Shown: positions 54,342 to 64,000 of the stretch, piece by piece
Layout: each line of letters opens with the position of its first letter
Position numbering within the stretch: the first letter of the stretch is position 1
Made by a program: the position numbers and the translations under genes
DNA from: Protoeuglena noctilucae
Lineage: Eukaryota
Length of the DNA stretch: 64,000 nt
Reading direction: 5' to 3'
Assembly: GCA_958009085.1 (NCBI GenBank)
Contig: OY253680.1
Location: 310,001-374,000 of the forward strand
Notes under the pieces: generated by a model
Told to the model about the DNA's origin: nothing
Databases searched by the model: none
Seen by the model: only the letters and a program-made list of their open reading frames with translations

Positions 54342-56076
54342 ATGTCGTTAGGATGGACCTCGCAGCGCTCTGTCAGCTCCAGCTGTGCTCCCGGGGGCCA
54401 GCTCAAGCCCAGCACGCGCGTGTGCGCCGCGCCGCGCCAGAACGTCGACCCTGCCGCCGTCGTCCGGGGGTCACAGCAGAACAACCGCGTGAACGGCGGG
54501 GTTGAGCTCGTGAGCAGGGCTTGGACGCACGAGACGCTGTGCCAGGTGCGCCCCTGCCCAGCCCTCCCAGCACTGGCAGGTGCGTGCTTCCTGCCCCCAG
54601 GATGCCCGCTATCGGGACTGGGACTTCTCGACCTCGATCGGTTTCGACGCCAGGGCGGGGTTCCTCCAGCAGCTGAGGGCCGGGGAGGCGCGGATGCGCA
54701 TGGCTGAGGCGGCCCTGCACGTGTGTGCCGAGGACGACGCTCTCGTCTCCAACTCTCCAGTAGCGCTGCCCGTGGAGTCCTTCCTCCAGTGCTTGGACGC
54801 CCTGGCCGATGGGCTCGCCGGGGACTTGCCCCGCAATGGGGGCCAGGAGGCACTGGAGCGCATCACTTAAGTTGTGCTGGGCCCAGCGGGCTTCCGACTT
54901 TCGAGCGAGAGCGGGGTTTCCAACATGCCCGACTCGAGGTAACCTCAGCGTGCTGCCGAGAGTGCGTGGTGTGTCTCTCGTCGATGCCGCACCTGGTGAC
55001 GATGTTACGACCTGTCCGTGTCCGTCGGCGCTTGCAGTGTCGTGGACCACCCAGGCGCCTGGGAGAAGCCAGCGCATTCATACCTCTCCAACGCGCTGAC
55101 GCGCAAGGTGGGCACTCGGGCCGTGCTGGCCATCATCTTGCAGGACGTGCTGCGGACGTTGCTCGTCCGCGGCACGATCGATTTCCTGGCTCGCGTCGAC
55201 CTGTCCTCGTCCCTGCCGACCCCGGTGGTGGTGCCCGGAATGACGCGGCAGCACGCCCTGTCCGCTGACGGCGCCGTGCTCAACACGTGCTCTGCCAGCC
55301 TCCTGGCCGAGGTCTTGACGGACCTCAAGAGGGCTTTCTGGCCCTTTGCCTGGGACTTTGGGGTGGATCACCCCGCCAGGGGCGGGCTGGGGTCCGCGGT
55401 GAGGCTGCTGAGGTGCCGGGCACCCCAGCCGTACCCCGTCAGCGGCGACGCATGCAGGAGGAGCATCACCGCTGTCCGAGTGGCCTTGCGCGCAGGGGGG
55501 CTTTCGAGCCGCGGCGGAGAGCGCGCTGGGCGGTCACGAAGACGCCACTGCCGAGGTCCTCTCTCGCTTCGCCAAGTACCGGCTCGAGCGGGGCGTGTTT
55601 ACGTCGACTGAGGCCGGCGACCTGCGCCGGGCGCTGCTGTCGGCGGAGCGCCTGGTGCTGGTGAGGGCGGACCACGCCCTGGAGCGGCGGGACTATGCCG
55701 TGGCGCTTCTCCACGCGGGCCGGCTGGGGGAGGCGAGGCTGGAGATGAGGACGTTTGCGGGCACGGCGGAGTTCTCCAAGCAGAGGTGAGCTCTGTGTGG
55801 GGCTGCGTGGCGGTTGGGGGCAGTGCTGCGTGTGGGGGTGCACTGCGTGTGGGGCCCGGGGGCTGGCCGTGACGGGACGTGTCGCGAAATGTTCAACCGC
55901 AGCATCACCGTGTGGGTCATGCTCGCAGCGCTCTAGACCAGCGCCTATGTGAGGACGTGTTGTCCCTCCTGCATGGGCTGGACGTGGAGGAGCCCTCCGA
56001 GCCCCTCTCGGTGGAAAGGGAGCTTGGCAGAGAGAGGCCGGCTCTCGCCCCCAAGGACCAGGCCATCCCCTGGTAA
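54342..56076 (+). CDS. SirB1/transglutaminase-core-like plus TPR protein; contains an in-frame TAA (possible pseudogene)
   Basis: AEAALHVCAED, SYLSNALTRKVG, DLKRAFW, DLRRALLSAERL and ERRDYAVALLH; TAA at 54868-54870. Confidence 0.75.
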
Positions 56077-56143
56077 TCCCCTCGCCGTGTCACAAGCACA
56101 ACGCTGAGGGAACGCCAGCCATGGCGCGGACCGACCGTTCGGC

Positions 56144-57491
56144 CTACTTGGTCGGGTTGGGGCGCGCCTCCTTGTAAATGCCAGCCTCTTCGGTCGCATA
56201 CACCGACACCACTCCCCCCTCCATCTCCTTGTTGATGCTCCGCAACGTTTCCTTGAGAGCGGTGTCGTCCGTCAGCCGACTCCCCAGCCGCCTCTTCGCC
56301 TCCCCTTGCACCTGCGCCAGTCGGGCGGCGGTGTAGCCCCGGAGGAGCAGGAACCCCACCTCTCCGCTGGCCAGCGTGATGACCAGCCCCCCCGCGTTGC
56401 TGCCCGTGACTTGGGCACGCAACGCCCCGCGCCCCTCCGAGCGACCCCGACCCTGGCGGCTCTTCTTGTTCCGTATCTGCCGCGCCCGGCGCTCGTCCCT
56501 GCGGCCGACATTTCACCAGGGAGCCGCGTCTCCCCGCTTTGTGCCCGCGCCCTCCCCAACAGATGCCAGGTAGCAACTGGGACGTGCGACGCACCTCTGG
56601 AGCCCCGACACGTCAACGCCCGGCTCTGGCGCCTTGAGAGGTTGGTCGGGCTTCACAGCCTTTCCAGAGAACTTGATCTGCCGCCCCGTCAGCGAGTCCG
56701 TCTTCTCTTCGTCCATCCCAAACGCCTGCCTCTTGTATACAAGCGAGCTAGCCCGGAGCCCCTCCTGCGCGTAGCCGTTAAAGGACTTGCTCAGATGGGC
56801 ACGTTCAACTCGGAAACCTCTTGCTCGCGAAGCACGGCGTAGGTGGTGCGACGCTTGGTCAGGGCAGGGCAGTTGCAGGCAGCCTCGCCTCTGTCTCGTC
56901 GGTGTACTTCTGCCCCGTGCCCTTGGGAGCCCGGCCCTTGTTCTGTCGGAGGACGCTGTGCGACCGCTGCCGGAAGTCCACCGGGGCAGGTGTTGGAGAG
57001 CTCGTCCCCACGTCGTCCCTGCCGGGGTGTACGGGGAGGGGGCGAGGGTGCCACCCGTGCTCCAGCGAGCAGCCCTGGCGCGCGGTAGCCTGAGCAGCAC
57101 GTCACCTGCTGGCCACGGTGCTCTTTTCCTGAAGTCGGGTAAGCCCGGAGCGTCGGGACGCCTCCCCTACCAGCTCCTCAAACTCGCTGCGCAGCGCAGC
57201 CTCGCGGTCCACCTCAGGTGGCAGCGACCGAAGGAGCTGCCCCTCCGACACCTCCCCAAAGCCGTTGAGCTCCAGCTGCTGGCGCAGCACCTCAGGGCGC
57301 TCCCCGATCATCGCGCCGAACTGCGCGTACGCCTCGAGATCAGCCGCCTCGAGACCAGCGGCCGATGGTCGTGCCGATGGTCGCTCCGGACCAGCTGCAG
57401 CTCGGGCATGGCCGCGCCGTCCGCACGCAGCGCGCGAGGATGTCGCATGGAGACGGACATGCAAAGTCAGCGCCGAGCTCATCGCGGCCAT
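56144..57491 (-). CDS. Hypothetical protein with putative transit peptide and C-terminal S1-like segment
   Basis: 4-exon model; RAQVTGSNAGGLVITLASGEVGFL resembles the S1 motif. Confidence 0.55.
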
Positions 57492-57825
57492 GGCCGGCCT
57501 GGCGAGCTGTGGCCAGCCACGCAAGTGGGCAAAGCGTCTCCCTGCGAAATGCAACCGAACCCGCGAGTGCCGCTCACGCCGATGTAGCTTTGCAAGTAGT
57601 GGCACCATTCCGCGGCATCGTCATGGCGTAAAAACGCGTGAGCGCCTGCGAGACGCGAACAGAAATGCGTGTCAGCGGTGGGTTGTAATTGGCGCGCGCT
57701 CTGCGCAACCCCTGCGCATTTTGGAGCACTCGCGTGCCTTGTGGTGAAGGTGACACGAGGCGACGGATCCCCTATCGACCGAGGATCGATAGGAGACATA
57801 GCTGGAAAGCTCGCGACGAGAACTC

Positions 57826-58490
57826 ATGCAGATGCTCGCCTGCAGCGCCCCGCTTGCTCATCGTCCCGGGACCGCGGTCCATCGGCCTCGGGCGGGCGCC
57901 GTCCTCGGCCCCCTGGGCGTCCACGCAGCATGGGCCACGCCACGCCACTCCAAGGGTCGCGGCGTCCGATGCAGGGCGGCAGGTGTGACGCGAGCCATCG
58001 CCTAAGCAGGGAGCGGGTGTTGCAACGCGCTATCGACAAGCGGACTCGTCCTCTCCCAGGCGGCGATGGCGTCGGCCTGGAGCCGGAACTGCGTCAAGCG
58101 ATCGACACGTTCGTCTCAGCAAACAAAATCGTCGTCTTCATGAAGGGGAACCGGCAGATGCCCCAGTGCGGCTTCTCCAACCGGGTTGTGCAGGTGGGTG
58201 GGCCAGAGCAGCGGTCCGACCGGGTTGTGCGGGAGAGCGCTGGCCCCTGGCCGCAGTTGCTGCCCCCGTCGTCCCGCCCGCAGATCCTCAACTCCATGGG
58301 CGTGCCCTATGAGACGGTGGACGTGCTCGCGGACGACAGGATTCGCACGGGCATGAAGGAGTACAGCATGTGGCCGACTTTCCCCCAGGTCTATATCGAT
58401 GGCGAGTTCTACGGCGGGTGCGACATTGTGACGGAGAAGTTCACGAGCGGGGAGCTCGCGGAGGACTTGGAGCGCGCTCTGAGCTCGTAG
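57826..58490 (+). CDS. Monothiol CGFS glutaredoxin (GRXS14-like, plastid)
   Basis: VFMKG...PQCGFS and KEYSMWPTFPQVYIDGEFYGGCDI; transit peptide. Confidence 0.93.
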
Positions 58491-58742
58491 CGCCGCAGCT
58501 CACAATGAAGTGCCGGCCGCCACTTCATCAGCTCCTCCCGTTTTCCAGCGCCGACACTGATACCCGGGCGACTGGCAGCCCGCCTGTGAACACGCGTAGG
58601 TCAGCTGTTTTGCGAGTTGCAAACGTCGCCGGCAGGGTGCTGCTGCGCCCGGAAGCACTTCAGCAAAAATGGCTCACACGCCCGGAGCTGTCTTCGCGTG
58701 GACCGCGAGGGACATCCAAGCCCGGGCGCCCAGCGAGAGCCT

Positions 58743-60910
58743 ATGTTTCCAAGGAGCGACTTGAAAGCATCTGCATGCTCTGGGGAAGGATCAGCCCGGG
58801 GAGAGGACGATGGTGCTCTCCGTGTCACGACCAGCCAGCTTCTGAGCGGTCTGAGCAGGAGCTGCGCCGAGCGATACACACATCTCGTCAAAGCCAAAGC
58901 CGACAAGCGGGAGCTGGACGAGGTCCGGGCGCAGGCGAGACCATACAGCAGGTTGAGCCTCGTGCGCCCCTCAAGGTCATGCTGAGCGACACGGGGCCCC
59001 TTGCACCCTGTTATGCAGCTCTCCAGACTTGTGGACGTTATTCGAAGCGCAGAGGGCGTTAACCACGGCATGTGGGAAGCTCGAGCGGGCAGCAGCACCC
59101 TCCGCGGAGTGGGGCTGGGGGACCTGAAGCGGCCCGCGGAATGCGTGAGAGTGGAGCGCAATCCCCTCTTTGAAGATAGCCCAGAACGGGTGAGGCTGCG
59201 GTTCGCGCGCTGACGGGCCGCGCGGCGCCATGTGCCGACTTATTGTTTAATCAACTCTCGGCAGGAGATTTCTACGGAGGAAGCGACTCCCGGCGTCCGC
59301 GGACGTCCAAGCACGTTAGGGGACAGGAACAACTGGCGGACGCCCCCGACGGTCCCAGCGGACCCGCCGCCTGCGACCCCCAGCGGCGCCCAGGACTTGG
59401 CGCACAAGGTGCTTGAGACCGCCATCCGGTTTCGCTCGCTCGTTGCGCTGCCGCGTTGCGTTGCACATCACGCACTAGTCTCCGGGATGCCTCAGGTCAG
59501 GATCCTGGAGGAGGGCCTGCACGGCCTCACTGACTGCGTCCTGCACTTTGCATCCATCCTCGGGGCCATGCGCGGGAGCCAGGTGGCGCAGAGCCGTGGG
59601 GAGGGCGTGCGTGACGCAGTCAAGGACCCCGTCACCGGGACCCAGCTCGAAGGTCACATCATTAGCTGCAGCGAAAGGCAGCGCGGTTCAAGCGGACCTG
59701 GGGCGATACCTGTCCACGTCCCCCTGCGTCTCGTCATGCAGAGATGGTCCAGAGCCGGATGGAGTGGAGAGTGTGTCAGCTGGAGGAGGACGTGCACACG
59801 ATCGCCAGCGTGGTGGCGAGGCAGGAGGCGGTGGTGGCGTCTTTGGCCGAGACCGTTGCTGCGAGGCTGGGGGCTGCGGCGGAGTCGTTTGGTCCAGGTG
59901 AGGGGTTGTAGACAGCTGTCATGGATGCGATCGGGGCTTACAAGTCTCACATGCTGTCAGGGAGCAGTGTTGCCCGCAGTGTCCCCAGCGTCACCCCCCG
60001 GTCGTCGGCTGTTCTCTAGCGACGTGGAGCGAGCGGACAGGTGACCCGAGATCTCTCGCTGCCGTGTTGCGTTTAGTGACGTGGATGACGCGGAAGTGAA
60101 AAGCTGACTTGTTCCTCTGCAGGGGCGGGTGGGAGGACGACGTCGCGTGGCTTCATCCCTTCCCTTCGCGCAACGGCTGGGGTGCCACAGGTGCCGCATG
60201 GTCATACCCACGCACAACGTCGTCCATCTACCCCGCCCCTTGCTGCACTTGACCACCTCCCCTGCACCGCCATGCAGGCGGTGTTGGCAGCGCGCCCTCG
60301 TCCACCTTTGCGGAGTTCCGCCAGTCAGTCTCCGAGCCTCCCATGTCTCCACGTGGCGACGCGACCTTTCCTCGTGGCGGCCTGGGCCCCTTCACGCGTC
60401 CCCACAGCTGCCCGCCGGGGGGCGAGCTCTGCGCTCAAGCACACATCGACGTCCACTTTCCACTGCCTGGGGAGGTCACGCAGGGGTGAGGCACCATGAG
60501 TGAACCCACACCTGCGATTCCTGGCCCGGGGCTCACCGCGGTGCGGCTCTCGCAGTTGCAGGACCAGCAATGGGGCCGACAACGGGCCAGTCGCTGAAGA
60601 TGGGAGCAGCAGTTTCTCTCAACTGGGCAGCAGACCTCGGGAGGTGCCGCGGCGACGGGGCAGCGCCAGTGGCGCCAGTGGCGGCGTTACCAGCGGGCTG
60701 CCTGTCCTGGACGGTCACAGTGCTGCTCGCGACATGTGCGTTCTGTGCCGGGGTGCCATCGAGGGTGCGTACTGCCCACCTGGCCGGGGTACCCCCGACG
60801 ACGAGGGGCGCGGGCGGTGGCTCCGCTCGTGGGACCTCTTCTCCTCTACCCCGGACATGTCCGAGTTTGTGAGCCTGGTGGACGAGGCGGATGCACTGGC
60901 CATCGATTGA
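58743..60910 (+). CDS. Hypothetical multi-exon coiled-coil protein
   Basis: A chain of about 8 exons can be spliced in frame (KADKRELDEV, VRILEEGLHGL, QLEEDVHTIASVV); no family recognised. Confidence 0.45.
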
Positions 60911-60999
60911 AGGCATCAATTGCACCGGCCATTCTGCTGAAACGGGCGGCAGGCGCGGCGGGGCAACACCGTCACAGCAGCAAGCAGGCAGCCCGTCGT

Positions 61000-63855
61000 C
61001 TACTGGCTCTTGACCTTGGCCTTCCAGGGCTGCGCACGGTCCCGGCACAGCACCGGCCGGGTGGTGGCCCGGGTGCCCAGGAGCCGCAGCGTGCCCAGCA
61101 CCACGGTGCCCAGGACGAGCGGCCCAATCACCCACTTCTGCGTGCCAGCGAGATGCCGGGGGACAGGTGGCAGTGCAAAAGGCATGGGACTGCATGGCGA
61201 CCGGGGCAATCATGCAAGCGCAGGTGCATTGCCCAGTAGCGCAGGGTCACCAGGGCCGCAGGCTCCTGCATCGTGGCCAGGGTGAGGGTCGACAGGCCCC
61301 GCGCAGCGTACACGCGCGTCGCCAGGTTCCAGGACCCGACGGCTACGAGGGCGGCCGCCAGCATCGCCGCCGTGGGCGCCATGCTCTTGGCGCCCAGCCC
61401 GGCGGGCGCGGGGGCCGTGGACCCGTAGCGCCCGAGCAGGAGGTCGAGGGCGTCCTGCTTGACACCGTCGCTGAAGGTGTTGAGGTAGTAGCGCGACAGC
61501 GACTTGTACCCGTCGTCCATGAAGCCCGAGAGGGACCGCTTGCCGGTGCGCACGAACCCCGACTGCGGGCGCGGGGCGGGCCCTGTCGTGAAGCAGAGCA
61601 GCCCCAGAGAGTCCTTCTCAAAGGCGCCAGGGAAGCGCGAGCGGCCGCCACCTTGAGGGCCCCTGTGCCCGCGTAGAGGCGCGAGACGGCGTCCCCGTGG
61701 TCGGCCCAGAGGTGCTTGACGTCGCGGAGGAGCGCGGGGAAGACGTCCTCCATCGCCGCGCCCATCTGGGCCACGGCGGGGCCCCCCTCGACACCCTTGC
61801 GGAGGAAGTCAGTGTTGGCGAGGAGGTTCTCGAGCGCGTGCACGGCCAGCATGGTCTGCACCACGTTGGTGCGGTCCAGGCTGTCGATGCAGTTGGTGCG
61901 GAACACCCCCGCCTGGTACGTGACCTTGGCCTTGCCCGCCTCCGTGCCCGGGGGCGCAGAGGCGCGCCTCGAGAAGGCGCCCATCTTGACGAATTCGGGA
62001 CGCACGCGCGCAAATAGCTTCTGGGGTACGCGGGGGAGGGGCTGAGCATGCGGCCTGGGGTGGGTTCGTGCTGGAGGGGCACGGTAGGCGCAACCAGGCT
62101 CACCTCCAGGTTGCCGTACTTGGTCGCGCCGCACTCCTTGTGGAAGTCGAAGTTGACTAACTGGAAGGCCGGGGAGCGCTTCTCGAAGTTGGCCGCCGCA
62201 GCCTTGTAAGCGTCCGACACCTTGCCCTCGCCTTTGCCCGGCTTTAACCCCGCCAGGTTGATGGCGACCACGCTCTGCGGCGGCGAGAAACAAGCAGGGT
62301 CCTGTGCACATCACACGTGTCGGCTGTGCGGCGCGTTAGGAGAGCGGGCACCCGCCCTGTGCGAGCAACGGCCAACCCCACGGACCTGGTACTTCTTGAT
62401 GAGACCCTGGGCGTGGGCGTCGAACGCCGCCTGGCTGAGGTCCGCGGGGGCGAACGCCCGCTTCGGCTTGTACATGAGGTTGGGGACCTCCGACCACAGC
62501 ACGGGCGCCGAGCCGCGAACCTGGAGGCGTAGGGTGGGAGTCATCAGGCGATCACTAGGTGGGGCACGGGTGCAGCAGCGTCGATGGTACGCAGCCGCGT
62601 TGAACAGCACCGGGGCCCTCGCCTGGACGAAGGAGCTGACGAGGTTCATGTCCCGGATCTCCACGATCATCTCGGACTCGACGTGGTTGGAAGCGTTGCC
62701 CTCCAGGTCCAGCCCACGCGACCAGTGGCGGGTCCCGGCCCGGCTGACGTCGCGCCGCGCCACCAGCGTCACCACGACCTCGGACGTCTGCAGGGGTTGC
62801 CCGGGTCGCGCAGCGTTGGTCTGCTAGGAGCGCCCGAGTTCATCCCAACGTGCCCAGGGGTCATGCCTTATCGCCAGGCGTACCTTGGACCCCGCCGCGA
62901 GGTTCTCGCTGATCTGGCCCACGAAGCCCTGCACCACGGCCACTCCGAAACCCAGGGCCCCCGCCTCCCGCAGGGGCTTCAGCAGGTGGTGGTTCCAGGT
63001 GAACTTGCCTGCGGGGCATGGTACGCAGTCAGGCTCAGTGAATGAATTGCGCGAGGGAGGTGCGGCAGTGGCCGGCCACAAAGTCACCCGTGGCACGTGC
63101 CGCCACGCCCTCCTTGCCCTCCCCCATGTCACGTGGCCCGAAGCACTTCGTGCTGTCGCCCTTCCCGGCCTTGTCCTGCTCTTGCATGGACGTCGTGAGG
63201 TCGTACGTGGGAGAGAAGAAGGTGTCCCTGCAGAGGAGAGCGGAGCTGTGGCCGTGGCGCTCGCCAAAGGGCGGAGCGGCACGCGACCCAAGGACGGCAG
63301 CGAGGGGCACCTCATCAGGAAGGACGTGTCCATGGCGCGGCGGAAGAGGCTCGCGATGGGATCCCCGGCAGAGGGGCCGTAGACGGCGACTTCGGTCACT
63401 TTGAGCAGAGGGTGGTCCCCGAGCAGCCCGACCTTGATGGCCTGCGAGCGCCGGGTGGCCCCGAGACTGCGCATCCACGCGACCACACTCGCGCACACCC
63501 CGCAGCCTCTGACAGCCGCGGGATTTGTGCATGCCGCGCACCTGGCGAATCACTGCCACCGCGCACCCATTCCGCAGCGGGAGGATGCCCAGGAGGCCGT
63601 GCACCGGGATCTCCGAGGTCGCCGACCCCACCGAGAACTTCTTGTCCGGCCGGAACGTCGCAGACGCCTGCGATCTCCCGCGGCGTCGAAGTTTGGGGCA
63701 GTCCCTCCAGAGACGGGCCGCGTCCGCCCGCCTGGCGCTGCGCAGCGCGACCAGCTCACCGATATCTTGCTCAAGTCAATGGAGAGCACATCTGCCTGCC
63801 CCGAGCCCTTTATCTCCACCACCCTGCCGTCCGTCCTCAGCGTGAAGCCTGCCAT
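61000..63855 (-). CDS. SAC1: SAC1 phosphoinositide phosphatase
   Basis: GTRHWSRGLD..GNASNHVESE, SFVQ|VRGSAP, FDFHKEC, RTNCIDSLDRTN, SRYYLNTFSDGVKQD, two TMs and a Lys-rich C-terminus. Confidence 0.95.
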
Positions 63856-64000
63856 GGCAGGATCTCGTCCCCCGTCCCTCGAACGTAGCTACACTCGGCT
63901 CACTCGTTTTCAAGGGAATTTATGAGAGGTGCTGGAGTCAGTCTAGGGCGCAGCGCCGGCCAAGTAGACCGCACAGGCGCTGGCCGCACTGCGTCAGAGG

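Overview
Eukaryotic nuclear DNA: GC-rich and very gene-dense (about 31 genes in 64 kb, mostly short introns of roughly 70-200 nt). I infer a flagellated green alga from plastid-type transit peptides and the ciliary genes FAP276, enkurin, WDR60 and katanin p60. Gene models were assembled by hand from the ORF track plus splice sites, so some starts and exon boundaries are approximate. Recognisable genes: RRS1, reticulon, DNAJC21/JJJ1, FAP276, NDUFA12, REV1, a METTL21-like methyltransferase, katanin p60, MgtE-like, ATG9, enkurin, VTC1-like, uS17m, DCP1, an FAD oxidoreductase, UBTD, ABHD13-like, WDR60, a PLP aminotransferase, an RRM protein, DEP1, bL32m, SirB1-like, a CGFS glutaredoxin and SAC1, plus several orphans. 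The strongest signal is an excess of GC-AG introns: at least 15 of roughly 130 by hand count, 14 of them with the donor GCGAG, and several required to restore conserved motifs. Also notable are an in-frame TAA inside an otherwise intact SirB1-like gene and an 11-nt overlap between convergent CDSs. I recognised no RNA genes, CRISPR arrays or mobile elements.
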